Source: Gekko japonicus (Eukaryota). Taken from it: a DNA stretch of 64,000 nt. The translations under genes were made by a program, and so were the position numbers. The notes under the pieces were generated by a model. It did no database searches, was not told the origin of the DNA, and was given only the letters and a program-made list of their open reading frames with translations. The DNA is taken from positions 845,930-909,929 of the forward strand of contig NW_015162482.1 in NCBI RefSeq assembly GCF_001447785.1. The letters run 5' to 3'. Of the stretch, positions 12,903-25,766 are shown piece after piece (the first letter of the stretch is position 1; every line of letters begins with the position of its first letter).

Positions 12903-13717
12903 TAAGTTTTCTGCCTTTTGTTTCTGCCTCTCTCAACTGCTTGTTATTGTCAATTGTGTCAATGCTCATTAAAAGCTGTCTTCAGTTAAAAGCACTCTTG
13001 TTACTCTTTTCTTTATATAGAACAAACTCTGCCCTGTACTATTGAGTTGTGCAAAGAACCTGTTGGTGTTCTGCTGTGGTCTGGTGCCGGCTTGGAACAC
13101 ACTTGTTGAATGGCTGAGTGGGACTGGGGCTGGCTAGGCTCTTAACTTGGCAAGGCCTGAATGACTTTGTAGCAGGAGGGAAAACGAGCATTTGCAACCC
13201 AGTGATGCATGCGAGAGCATTGACCTGGAAATTTGGAGTGCTTCAGCAACTCGGCGGCTGAAGCAGGAGCTCAAGAAGGGTAGAATCACTTATCTGGGCA
13301 CCTCATTCCCCTTTCGGGAGATTCTTTCCTGTGTGGCTCATGTTCTTTAAATTAAGCCCCTGGAGAAGATTCTTGAAATATTTCAGGATTATGCTTTGTA
13401 AACCTTTGGTTATTTTGAGGAAGATGCACCTGTCCAAAGGGAATCAAAAGTCATTCTGTCTGTTAAAACCATTGAATAATGAGAACCCCCATGCCTTGTA
13501 GACAAGCCTTTTGTGGACAACCTTATCTAAGTCTCTGTCTTTGTGGAATTGTAAGCACAAACTGTATTAAGGCCCAGAGAAACTAAAATTAGCTCCTGGG
13601 CTGTAATGGGCAATATCTGTTTCATTCAGGAGGGAAGAAGCTAGAGATGAACAGAGACAATGCCCAGCAACAGATGTTGAAGTTTGTAGCATCTTTTCCC
13701 TCTGCCATCTTACCAGT

Positions 13718-13965
13718 GAAGAAGATGGAGAGATTGGGTTTATACCCCACTCTTCACTTGGAGTCTCAGAGTGGCTTACAAACTCCTTTCCCTTCCCCTC
13801 CCCACAGCAGACACCCTGTGAGGTAGGTGGGGCTGAGAGAGCTCTTTCTAGAGTTGTCCTTGAGAGAACCGCACTGACAGAACTATGGCTTGCCCAAGGT
13901 CATCCAGCAGCTGCAAGTGGAGGAGTGGGGAATCAAACCTCGTTCTCCCAGACTAGAGTCCGTGC
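13718..13965 (-). mobile_element. Squam3-like SINE
   Basis: Reverse complement of the 36996-37275 copy. Confidence 0.8.
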
Positions 13966-14029
13966 AATGCTTGATCTAGCAGATATGCTGATTGTGCGGC
14001 AGGAAATGAGGGAGAGGGATGAACTAGAT

Positions 14030-14443
14030 CAGGGGTGTCGAACATTTGTTATGAGGGCCGGGTTTGACATAAATGAGACCTTGTTGGGCCGGGCCATGTG
14101 TGTCATAAAATTTAATGCCAGGTAGCAGAGATATAAACTATAAAGGACACAAACACAAAGGTTTTTTTTTTTTACTTAAAACATGCTTAAAACATTAGCT
14201 CTGTAAGCTGCAAACCTACTTTTGATTTATTTACATTCACCACAGAAATCTCATGCTTAGAGTTCTGAGTCTAGGACCCAGGTTAAAACATGAAATGGCT
14301 GAGTGAGAGAGTCTGGTGAAGCAAGCTATGAGGCAGCAGCAGCAACAGAACTGGATGCAGGAGATGGCCAGTTCCACTGTGGGCCTGATGGAAGCCCTCC
14401 GGGGGCCTGATCCAGCCCCTGGACCGCATGTTTGAGACCCCTG
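14030..14443. mobile_element. hAT-Charlie-like MITE
   Basis: TIRs caggggtgtcgaaca / tgtttgagacccctg; TSD (a/t)actagat. Confidence 0.75.
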
Positions 14444-15903
14444 TACTAGATGGTGGAAGAAGCAACCATGTTGAGTCCAAGTTGTTCTGGCCCAAGGCTT
14501 AGACTGCCACAGAATAATGGACTTACATAGCTGCTCTCCAGGAATCTGCTTTTGCTGTGATTGACCTTGTACCTTTTCAAAGACTCAAGTTTCCTTGGAT
14601 TGAGGCAAGAAGCTGGGAGTGTCTAGAGGAATTCCCTTGTGGGAGCAGATTGCCTAGTCATATGGTTGGCGTGTGTCATGGCTCTTTGATGCCAACATCG
14701 CATGCTTCAGGGAGTTGAGTTCTAGGTGAAGACTGCTGGTTGTTAGGGCTGTGCCATGACAGTGGAGTGTTTGTAACAACCTATAAGCACCCTTTCGCTC
14801 TCCTTGCCCCTTAGACTAGCATAATATATGAGTGATTCAGTTCAAGGAAACTTTCCCCCTCAAGCTGTTTTTGGGACACAACCTGCTATAGCTGAGTGTA
14901 GTTAATGCTGGGCTAGAGCTGGTTTTAATTGGGGGGAGGGGGAAGAGAGCTTGGTAGTTGTCCCTGTTAAGTGCACAGGCCATAATAGGTAAACGAATGC
15001 TGAGAAGTGATGCATCTATACCAAAATGGAATTGGCATGAAGTTGAGAAACTGCATTTAGAGCCAAAGGCCATGTTGGGAACTGCTGAACTGGAAAACCA
15101 GAAAAGTTGCTTATTAATAGATTTGGATGGTTCAAGTCCCTTTCTTAAACTGCTTATGGTAGTGGTACTCATTCCGTGGCTCATGGAGATCCGTATTCGG
15201 AATTAACACCCACCAAAAGCCACGTGACTACAATGTGCCCTATCCCACCGAACACATTATAATGTAACTGTGTGTGTATATATATATAGAATTTATTCTA
15301 TACTATATATTCTAACTAATATATACTAACTTTTAAAATTAAGAGTACCATTCTCCATCACTACTGAACCTGTGTGCCCTTTTAATTTCCTGCCTGTCAT
15401 CTTGTTCTCCTTGACATGAGGTTTGCAGCTCAGATGACACAGCAAGAGGGCCAAGGTGACAGTGAGAAATAGTGTTGCCGATTCAGGTTGGGAAATTCTT
15501 GGAGATCAGAGGGTGGAGCTTGGGGAGGGACCTCAGTAGGGTAGAATGCCACAGAGCGCACCCTCCAAAGCAGCCATTTCCTCCAGGGGAAATGGGTCTC
15601 TGCCACCTAGAGAACAATTGCAATTCGGGGAAATATTCTGACCCCACCTGAAGGTTGGCAGCAAAGGGAAGGAGAAGCATTGTGGGTGCCGCATGGGGGA
15701 GCAGTGCCCAGAAGAGCCAGAGGTGGCATGAAGGACCCAGAGGCTTGCCATATTAAAAACTATTCATGTGCAATGTATGTGCTTTCAGAGCAGCACATTT
15801 GCCATTCGATTGGCTTCTGAGCATTTGGGGTGAATTACTGCCACTGTTAAGCTTTTCTGCAGTAGTACAAGCTTTGAAGCAGCTATTGGTTGAGGTCTGC
15901 AGG

Positions 15904-16089
15904 CAGTGTTCCCTCTAAGCTGAGTTAGTGTGAGCTAGCTCACAGTTTTTCAGCCTCTGGCTCACACATTTTTGCCTTAGCTCAGGAGGGATGGCTCCAG
16001 AGCAAACTAATGTATGCAGCAGCCAAGCCACTCCCTCAAAAAGTAGGTTTTTTGCTCACAAGGCTCCATACAGCTTAGAGGGAGCATTG
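15904..16089 (+). mobile_element. hAT MITE, same family as 3251-3538
   Basis: Shared TIR and body; TSD (t/g)ctgcagg. Confidence 0.8.
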
Positions 16090-16783
16090 GCTGCAGGTCT
16101 TCCCGCTTTTCAGACCATACTTCATGCTGACCCTCTTGCCTCAAAACTCTTCTTACAATGCAAGTCTAAGGCAGAGGAGTAAATGAGTGGGTGTGTAGTG
16201 CTATGCCTGCAACTTGGCACTGTGCTTCTGGTTCATGCAATAACAGGCTCCTGCCAAAGTTGTTTGGCCTTTGGAATAAAGAGGAAGGCGAACATGGAGA
16301 TTGTCTTAATGCGTGCTCTGCTTACAGCTACACTGTGGCCACGTCTGTCAGCACAAACAACAACATAGTGTTTTAGAGGGTCCTTGGTTGTAGCTGTGTA
16401 AAGGATGTTTGGCTTGGGTTTATAATGATCTGGTCACTCTGGCCTTGGCTGATTGTATGCTTGCTGGTCAGAAAGCTTTCAGAAAGGATTCCAGCTAAAA
16501 TGTGGGCCCCACTGAAAGCTGGCAAAGAAATTGCTGCCCAGCTCTCAAAGTGCACAGGAAGCCTAGGCTGCTTTCACATTTAAAAATATTGTATGCTCTC
16601 AATAGAATTTAGGGATACAGGGCTCACAGGCATGTAGGAGGAAGGAAGGCCCTCTCGAGTGCAAGAGGCAGCTTTATGTTCTGCGGTATTCAGCTTATGG
16701 CAGTAAGATCTTGTTCTGTTCAATTCTTTCGATTTGGGTGATTAAATTTCCCCCCCTTCATTCTCTTCATATTTACTCAGTGG

Positions 16784-17143
16784 CATGGCTATTTTTGGGC
16801 AGGAACGCACAGGAACGGAGTTCTGGCTGGCTCCAGAGTTGGACATGCCCACGACAGCCAAAACCTCTGCGTGCGTGGCTACAGAGGGAAGGCCTGGAGA
16901 GCGACACCCCCCTGGCCACTCCGAGGCAAGCAGGCCTGGGGGTGGTGGTGGAAAGATCAGGGAGGCATTTAAATGCCTCTCTGTGCCTTCCCCAGCCTGG
17001 GCTCCCCGCAGCCATGGGGCGTCCAGGCAAGCCAAGGGAAGGCATGGGGGTGTGGCCTAATATGCTAATAGGCTACACTGTTCAGGTTGTGGCCTATTAT
17101 GCTAATGAGTTCCTGCTGGGCTTTTTCTACAAAAAAAGCCCTG
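16784..17143 (+). mobile_element. hAT-type MITE related to the 20431/22160 pair
   Basis: TSD ctcagtgg; right TIR aaaaaaagccctg; shares ggaacgc..ggaac and atgctaatgagttcc subterminal motifs. Confidence 0.7.
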
Positions 17144-17710
17144 CTCAGTGGTTCTAATGGTACTAATGGACAATTTCAAAACATGGCAATAAACTGCTGT
17201 GCATTTTATCAAGACCAAACAGGAAAAAGGAGCCAAATTTGTATTACACATGCCTTTCTTAGAAGAGAGTCTGCAATTCCACTTACCTCATAAAGCTTCC
17301 AAACTAAAATAGGTCTGAACCAAACCAATTATCCGACAACTTTCAGTGACGCTGATCCAAACTTCCTTCCACAGCAAAGGTGAGGTATGCGCAGGACTGC
17401 TATTTCCCTGTAGGGACGTCGCTTAAGAATTTTTATCAGAAATCTGCTTGAAGTGGCAGCTTAGGCACTCTCAGCCTCTACAGTATCTCACAGAACTGTT
17501 GTGAGAAAATGGTGGACAGGAGAAAGGCATACGGAGAGAGGGGCTGTGGCTCAGTGAAAGAGCCTCTGTGTTGCATGCAGAAGGTCCCAGGTTCCATCTC
17601 TGGGGGTCTCCAGTTACAAAAGGAACAGGCAGTAGGTGATGTGGAAGACCTCAAGCCTGAGTCTCTGGAGATCGGCTGCTAGTTTAAGGAGACAATACTG
17701 CCCTTAATAG

Positions 17711-18060
17711 GAGCTGCGGTGGCTCAAGTGGTTAAGACGCTGAACTGCAGGCTGTGGAAGGTCAGTAGTTCAGCAGTTCGAGACCCGGGTGCCGCATGAC
17801 GGAGTGAGCTCCCGTTTCTAGTTCCAGCTCCTGCCAACCTAGCAGTTCGAAAGCAAGAAATTGCAAGTAGGTAAATAGGAACCACTTCGGTGGGAAGGTA
17901 ACAGCGTTCCGTGCGCTTTGGTGTTTAGTCATGCCGGCCACATGACCACGGAAATGTCTTCGGACAGCGCTGGCTCTTCGGCTTTGAAATGGAGATGAGC
18001 ACCGCAACCCTAGAGTCGGATTCGACTGGCTTTCGAGCAAGGGAACCTTTACCTTTTTTT
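17711..18060 (+). mobile_element. Sauria (Squam1) SINE, full length, nested in another SINE
   Basis: tRNA-like head, ctcctgccaacctagcagttcgaaagca core, (accttt)n tail, 14-bp TSD actgcccttaatag. Confidence 0.92.
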
Positions 18061-19030
18061 ACTGCCCTTAATAGACCAATGGTCTGATTCAGTATAAGGC
18101 TGCTTCATAAGTGATCACATACGTGTTATGCCTCTGCCACCTCTGATTTGGGATATTCCTAGGGAGCTCAGTAGGGATGTAATGCCACATGTACTCTGGA
18201 GGTCACTTGTAATTCTGAGAAACTTGAGGCTCGCCTGGAGATTGGCAACACTGTTAACTTTAGATCCCCTTTGGGGAGAAAAGCAGGGTAGACTTCAGGG
18301 CCTGTCAGGAAATAAAGTAAATTGGAGTGGTGAGGGTCAGGTTAGTGCACAAAACTGGACTCAAATCCTGCCTACCTCATGCTACTTTATCCCCTCACTC
18401 TTGATTTATTGTGAGCTTCTTGAAGGATGGATGAGATACAAACATAGTACAATACATCAAGGTTGTGTTTCGCTTCTGTCTCGGAACTCCGGTTACCATG
18501 GGATGGGTGGTAGAGGTCCCAACTGGGTTCTGAGCAGGCCAAGGTAGATGTATAATGAGTTTTCTGACCACGACTGTGGGACCAGGTACAGCTCTTCAAA
18601 GGCGGAGGAGCAGAAGGGAATACGAATCTCCGTGGCTTAATGGCTGCTAAAGAAATAGAAACCGGTGGAAAATGGGTGGAAAAACCGCTCTCTCCTCCCT
18701 GGAGTCCAACAGCGGGAAAGCGTATACGACTTCGGAAGTGGCTTGACTTTTCCCGCAAGCGTTTTCCTTCTTTGTAACTGGTTGCATCTTGCAACCCAGC
18801 AAGGGATGCCGCAATTCACACAAGTGCAAAATCAGTTCGATGCTGCGGCCAGAGTAAACAATCCTACACCGTTGCGTGCACAACAGCGCTCTCTAGTGAA
18901 CATCTGGTTATGGCCAGGGCGGCGGAAGATGCTCTTAACAAGCACTTCCCTTCCTTGATTCCTTCGCTGTGAAATTATGCATGCCTACTCAGGAGAAAGA
19001 TCAAGATGGGTGTTAGTCTGTCTGTAGGAG

Positions 19031-19162
19031 TAAAGTAAAGGTAAAGGTTCCCGTGCTCGAAAGCCAGTCGAGTCCGACTCTAGGGTTGTGGTGCTCATCC
19101 CCCCGAAGAGCCAGCGCTGTCCGAAGACGTTTCCTTGCTTTCGAATTGCTAGGTTGGCAAGA
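19031..19162 (-). mobile_element. Deleted Sauria SINE inside a Penelope-like terminal fragment
   Basis: aaaggtaaaggt tail and gagtccgactctagggttg match the 17711 copy. Confidence 0.75.
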
Positions 19163-20430
19163 GTAGAAAAAAGCAAAAGACCAGTAGCACCTTAAAGACT
19201 AACAAAGTTTGTGGCAGGGTATAATTCATTGGGGCTTCATCCCAAATCAGCGTGCACACTGTATAAGACTTTAAACATGTTTAGGTGAATGGTCAGCCGG
19301 GGTAAGTGCGTGGTTTGGGGGGGGGTCCACGATATTCTGAGGGCCCCTCCCCTTCCGACTACTTTCTCTCCCAGCAACTAGCTGTTGATCTAGGGAGAAG
19401 AAGGCGGGAGCGATTGTTTGTGGCTCGGATGCCAGATTCTGCGCAGTTTGGGAGCCAGGTGGATTGGAAATGCAGGATGTTTTGTTGGTGGGGTGTGTGT
19501 GTGCAAAGCATTGCTCAAACGCAGCACTTTAGCCACACCTGGAAGGACGCCTCGTGGCCCGGCAAGACTCTGCATGAAGGCGCGGGTGCAGTACAGCCGC
19601 TTGGCAAATAGTCTAGTTTTAATGTCCGGGTGATACCCGAATTTGCAGAATAAGGTATGGAAGGCTTGTCTCCTACTCCCAGAGCTGGTTGTAGTTAAAA
19701 CATCCAGAGGCACTTTTTGCTTCCTTATTCCAGGTTCAAAACTGGTTTTAGAGTTTGGCCCTCATTCTGCGGCTGCTCTTTTTTCCTGCTATATATGCAA
19801 AATGTTGAAAATACACAGAGTCGGGTAAGGTAAAGTTTCACGGAACAGAGGAGCCCAAGATGGAAATTGTAAAACCGCTGATGCGTAAATACATTGTTTC
19901 AGAAGGATACTGAGCTACATTTTGACATGCTAGCTGGATCACCTGCTTTCTAACATGATACATTTTAGTTGTACTAAAAGATACATGATTTTTCTGCAAA
20001 ATTTAATTTTAAATGACAAAAAGGACTTTTTAAGGATTTCCAGAAGGCTCATTTTGCTTCCTGTTTCCTGTTATCCCCTTCCATTTATCACTCCAACAAA
20101 GAAACATTACTTATTTCAGTCCTTGAAGATCACAATATGACTACATTCTTCTGAATACCTTATTTTTATTGCACTGCTAATACATTTGATGAGTTTGATG
20201 AATAATTTAATTTATCCCTGTCATACTATTTAGATATTTAAATGCTGCTTCTCCCTTCCACCATTTTATCCTTACAGCAACAGCCTTGTGAAATAGGTTA
20301 GGCTGACAGAGAGACTGACTGGCCCATGGTTACCCAGCAGGCTTTCTCGGGGGGCTTCAAACCTGGGTCTCCCTGATCCTACTACTCTGATGCTCTCACC
20401 ACCCCACCATGCTGGCACCCAGCGTATAGG

Positions 20431-20772
20431 CAGAGGTCATTTCAGGGGGGAACGCGGAGGAACGCAGTTCCCCCGGGTGAGGTGCAGGGGGGCGGGGCAC
20501 ATGACGAAGTCCCGCCCCCTGCTTCCGGCTGCCCCGCTTCCAGCCCTCATTCAGCCAGGAGGAGGCAGGAGAAGAGGGAGGGTAAGTTGCTTCCTCCCCG
20601 CCTCTCCCCACCCCTGCCTGCCTGGGGCCAGGGAGGGCCTTGGCGGGGCTTCCTCGCACTCCCGCTGGCCTTGCAGGTCCACCGCCGGGCCCCTGATGTC
20701 AGGGTGTGTGGCATATGCTAATGAGTTATGCTAATGAGTTCCTCTAGCTCTTTTTCTATGAAATGACCCCTG
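20431..20772 (+). mobile_element. GC-rich hAT-type MITE, copy 1
   Basis: TIRs cagaggtcatttc / gaaatgacccctg; 8-bp TSD cgtatagg. Confidence 0.9.
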
Positions 20773-20885
20773 CGTATAGGGCAGGGGATTAAAACTCTTG
20801 TTAACTAAGTTGTGTGAATCTAGATGGGTAGCCCTGTTAGTTAGTCGGTAGCAGCAGAAGAAAACAGAAGTTCAGTGGCTCCTTA

Positions 20886-21210
20886 AAGGTAAAGGTTTCC
20901 CTTGCTCAAGAGCTAGTCGAATCTGACTCTAGGCGGTGGTGCTCATCTCCATTTCTAAGCCAAAGAGCCAGCGCTGTGGAAAGATTTTTCCATGGTCATG
21001 TGGCCGGCATGACTAAACACTGAGGTGCACAGAACGCTGTTACCTTTCCAATGAAGCAGTATCTATTTATCTACTTGCAATTTCTTGCTTTCAAACTGCT
21101 AGGTTGGCAGGAGCTCACTCTGTCCCATGGCACTAGGGTCTCGAACTGCTGAACTACAGACCTTCCAGTCTGCAGCTCAGTGTCTTAACCTCTGAGCCAC
21201 TGTGGCCCCT
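20886..21210 (-). mobile_element. Sauria SINE
   Basis: Reverse complement similarity to 17711-18060; flanking agtggc(t/a)cctta repeats. Confidence 0.85.
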
Positions 21211-21797
21211 AGTGGCACCTTATATTTTGTTTAATGTTTACAGTGGTGCTCGGTTCCAGTATTATTTTACTCAAGATGTCTTGTTATTTTTATAGTATTG
21301 ATAGTTGATATTGCAAACACACACACACATACCACTTGTTCAATTGGCACTGCTGTTGTATCTTTTTCCATAAATTCCCCTCAGTGGAATAGATAGCTGA
21401 GTTAACACACTATGGCAAGTGTTCCAACCCAGGTCATTGGCCCAACGTCCACAGAATCCAGCCCTGTGCCTTTTCTCTGCCTTTTATTTTCACTGCAGAG
21501 AGATGAAAAGCTGCATTTGCCCTATGCCTACACTTCACCTCTGGCTTCAGTCTCGCATAGGAAGTGGCGCGTCTTTTCAACAGGATTCTGTTCCTCACCA
21601 AGTTTTGGACAAAGTTTTGAACAGTAAGTTCAGTTCAGTTGGCATGACAGGTTCAACACATAGGGGTTAAATATATGGGAAGGAAAGATCCTTAAGATAC
21701 CTGCCTGAGGGATGAAGGCCCTGTTCTGTACATGAAATGATCAGGTCCCTCTTTTACATGCTCTCCCCATGTCTGCTGACTGCTATCAGCACAAATT

Positions 21798-21885
21798 TAG
21801 AGTCCAGTGACGCCTTTAAGATCAACAAAGATTTATTCAAAGTATGAGCTTTCGTGTACATGCACACGTTTTCAAATACATTGGA
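21798..21885 (-). mobile_element. Penelope-like terminal repeat fragment with degenerate hammerhead ribozyme (similar fragments ~19000-19215, ~20820-20885, ~43270-43345, ~61530-61650)
   Basis: gagtccagtg..cctt.aaga..aacaa motif; minus strand gtatttgaaaacgtgtgcatgtacacgaaagctcatac. Confidence 0.6.
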
Positions 21886-22159
21886 ATTGCAGATAATGTT
21901 CAAACTTATAGCCAGAGAATGAACAGCAAACTAACATGAAACATGATGATGATCAAGATATGCAAAGTGAAAACCAAATAACAATTTAGTTTTGTTCAAC
22001 TAAATAACAAGGTTATAAGGTCAACAGTTGCAAAGCAATAAATATGTCAAAATAGATAAATGTCCAAAGGTGTATTTTCTAATTGTGGGAAGTAACTGAG
22101 AATCTTAATTCTCTCAGGTGTGAAGGGCAGTTAACAGCATTTTTTGAGGGGGATGTAGT

Positions 22160-22521
22160 CAGAGGTCATTTCGGGGGGGGAACGCGGAGGAACGCAGTTC
22201 CCCCGGGTGAGGTGCAGGGGGCGGGGCTTCGTTGCAGGGGGCGGGGCACATGACGAAGCCCCGCCCCCTGCTTCCGGCCGCCCCACTTCCAGGCCTCATT
22301 CAGCCAGGAGGAGGCAGGAGAAGAGGGAGGGTAAGTTGCTTCCTCCCCGCCTCTCCCCACCCCTGCCTGCCTGGGGCCAGGGAGGGCCTTGGCGGGGCTT
22401 CCTCGCACTCCCGCTGGCCTTGCAGGTCCACCGCCGGGCCCCTGATGTCAGGGTGTGTGGCATATGCTAATGAGTTATGCTAATGAGTTCCTCTAGCTCT
22501 TTTTCTACGAAATGACCCCTG
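22160..22521 (+). mobile_element. GC-rich hAT-type MITE, copy 2
   Basis: Same TIRs as copy 1; different 8-bp TSD gatgtagt. Confidence 0.9.
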
Positions 22522-23677
22522 GATGTAGTGTTATGTCAGCAGACATCCCAGTGTCCCTTGCATTACATTCAGTATTCTAATAAACGGTTCGGAAAAAGAA
22601 ATACACTAAAATACAGAGGATTTATAGTCCTTCTTGTTGAGAATACATATGTGAGGACTGAATGAGTTAGCATATGTAATGAGATAAAAAACCAATATCC
22701 CTGTTGAGTCCTGGGGAGCTTTTTGTTCCAAGTGTTGTGATAACTTGTAATTCAGCAATTTCCCTTTCCATTCTGTTCCTGAAGTTCCTTTGTAATAAAA
22801 CAGCTACTTTGAGGTCACCCATTGAATGTCTTTTCTTTTTTATGCCTTCACTTTTAAATGTGAAGGCATGTGTGTGTGGGGGGGGGAGTGAGTTTTTTTC
22901 ATGTACTTTGCCACATATAGAAAACAGGAATTGAAAAGGATGGGAACCATGGAAGGGCCAGAGAAGGAGCACCAGTAGGCAGTGGACAGATTGATTCCAG
23001 CCATCCCTGTCCTTTATTTTAATGCTTGATGTGCTGGGATGAGGCAGGGAAAGTACTTCTCCCTCTGGAGGCCTGTTACCCAGCTTTTTACCAGACTCTT
23101 TAAGCCTGACTGGGCTTTTGACAACCTCTTCCCAACAACGGAGCCTTGGGGGGGGGGGAGAGAGGTCTTGGCAATTCTTAGATCAGTGGGTTGCCCTGGC
23201 AACCAATCCTCCCTGAGCTCATACAAAGCTGGTGAGAAGGCCTGGTTCTTGCCTCATTCTGCAAACTACGCCTTGGGTTTTATGGAGCCATCTTGTCCCA
23301 AATCCCACCTCAGCTGTGCATACGTGAAATGGAGTTGGCAAACCAGCCCTCTTCTGTTTCTCTATATGGTTGACAACTTTTAAAGGGGCCGTTCTATCTC
23401 CTCCTTTAATATCAGTTCGATCCATAGCAGCAGTCTCTGTCCACACATTAAACCTCTCTTAAAAGAGCAGGACACTTTTCTCCTGGCCAGTTGGCTACCC
23501 AGTTCCTCCATTTTGAGTTCTGAGAAAACGGGCATATTGTATTGTTGTCCCTGAGGCAGGAAGTCGGGGACAATGAGAGCTTGGAATTTTCCTTTACGAA
23601 TTTCCAAAACATGCCTAGATGGACCTTTTAGCTGATGCTGCAGAGAACTTATGCGGGAGAGTCACATGATGCCTCAG

Positions 23678-23842
23678 CCCTGACCTGGGTAGCCCAGGCA
23701 AGCTCAATTTCATCAGATCTCAGAAGCTAAGCAGGGCCAGCCTTGGCTAGTATTTAGATGAGCGACCTCCAAGGAATACCAGGGGCGTGACGCAGAGGCA
23801 GGCAATGGCAAGCCACCTCTGAAATATCTCTTGCCTTAAAAC
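23678..23842 (+). mobile_element. 5S-derived SINE (5S-Sauria type); further copies ~40430-40650 and ~60850-61048 on minus
   Basis: catcagatctcagaagctaagcagggcc..ggctagtattt matches 5S rRNA internal sequence. Confidence 0.75.
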
Positions 23843-25623
23843 ATAGCCTAGCTCACCACCTAGTGGTGCATAATGCTAAAGAGCTAGAACTTCTGGCTGC
23901 CAGACAATCTTAAGATCTCCTGGCTATACAACACACGCTGCCATATGATTGTTGTTATTATTACATGATACCTCAAAGTTCCTCCCTTGAAAACCAGGAC
24001 CCTGACCATAGAAAGCTAGCATGTTAGGGCAAGCGCTATGCTAGTGTAACCCGGGCACTGGAAATAAAGGCTAGTTCAAGGCTTGGGGCCTCCTTTTTTA
24101 AAGCCCCCCTCCCACTCACATGCCTTGGCTTAAGCAAAGTAACTATTTATTACAACAGGGAAAATACCGTTTTGTACACAGGGTACGGTACTCCTGGCCC
24201 CCAAACTCCTTTCTCTTCCCAAACCAAAGTCCAATAGTCAGCGTCCCATAGGGTTGCCAGCCCCCAACTGGAGATCCTCCAATTTCACGGGCTCCTGCCC
24301 ACCCCGGCCAGTTGGCTGGTGGGAAAGCCCCGTCTCAACAGCCATGACCTGGTACAATGTCCCCAATGTAATGATATCACGCAGAAGTGATGTCATCATG
24401 TCAGGGACATCACACGCGGTGACATAGCTCCGCCCCCACTCCCAGAAAGCTCCTTCCCACCCTCCACCGGCAAGGGCAAAGGACCTGCAACCTTAGTGTC
24501 CCAGAAGTACTGGTTTCTTCATGAAGTTGGTTCAGCCGCAGACCCTCAGAAGCCAGGTTGCCAGGTCCTCTTGTCTTGACAGCAAGGAGTGGGAGGGAGC
24601 TCTCCGGGAGTAGGGGACAGGGAGATATCGCCACGCGGGACATCCCCGGCATGATGGCATGTGGAATGGTTTAGTGGGGTCTGTGCATGCTAAGTCTGGG
24701 GCTTCTGTCAGACATTTGATGATCCCTTTAAATGCTCTCTCACAGTTTTCCCATCGTTCCCCAAAAGGTTCTAAAGGGTCATGATAAAGTCCCCCTGTGT
24801 TTCCTTTCATGGATCTCTTTTTCTTGCCACTTCAAGGGGTCATCTTAATTGACTGGATCCTCTAGTTAAACCATTTAGGAGTTTCATGATAGCAGAATAG
24901 CCATGGACAAACTGTCTATAATAACCAGTAAACCCTAAAAAGGTCTTCAGATCTCTATAATGCCAAAGACGTGGCCAGTGAGTGAGCACACGTATTTTTT
25001 CTGGGACTGTACTAATTCCCTCCTGTGACACTATAGGTCCCACATACTTGACAGATGTCCTACAGAAATAGCATTTCTCGACAACTTAAGTCTATAGGTT
25101 TTATCATTGGTCCAACACCTTTAAAAGCCTTTCCTCTTGTTCTTCAAGTGTTTTCCCAAAAACTATGAGATTATCTATATAAACCAATATTTGCAGCAAG
25201 TTCATGTCCCCCACAGATTTTTACATGAGCCTCTGAAAGGTGGCAGGGCCCATGGAGATACCTTGGGGAATGTGTTCAAATTGATAAAACCCCAATGGAC
25301 AGATAAAAGCTGTCTTTTCCTTATCTTCCTCTGCAAGGGGAAAACATGGTTGCACTTACCTGTAACTGATGTTCATCGAGTGTCTTCTGTGCTGGCACAC
25401 ATGGGACTGCCGGAAGGCAGGCCTGCCGCGGAAGAACATTCCAAGAGCTTCCTCAATCCTGTAAGAATTGAGTCCCCCCCTCCCCTCGGAGAGAATTGTG
25501 AAATGAGCCATTTCCCGCCCATTTGGTCATGTGACGAGGGGAGGGGGAGGCACCTCTCGCTCTCAGTCCTAACCTGCCGCCGTGGAAAAATACAACTCGT
25601 CCACAGCGGGGAAGGAGGGAGGG

Positions 25624-25719
25624 ATGTGTGCCAGCACAGAAGACACTCGATGAACATCAGTTACAGGTAAGTGCAACCATGTTTTCATCTTCGTGTCTTC
25701 TGTGCAGTCCCACATGGGA
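25624..25719. repeat. DIRS internal complementary region (ICR)
   Basis: 25624-25686 is the reverse complement of 25340-25402; 25684-25719 is the reverse complement of ~30792-30827. Confidence 0.93.
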
Positions 25720-25766
25720 GTCTAGCAAGCTACACAAGACTCGGAGGCGGGTGTGGGCGAAACAGT

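Noticed and set aside
17711-17800. tRNA genes
   Set aside because: SINE heads with A/B boxes, not full cloverleafs
23700-23790. 5S rRNA gene
   Set aside because: Diverged, partial and fused to a SINE body; several dispersed copies
24045-24250. Possible LTR of the Gypsy remnant (tgtaac start)
   Set aside because: No second LTR or convincing TSD found
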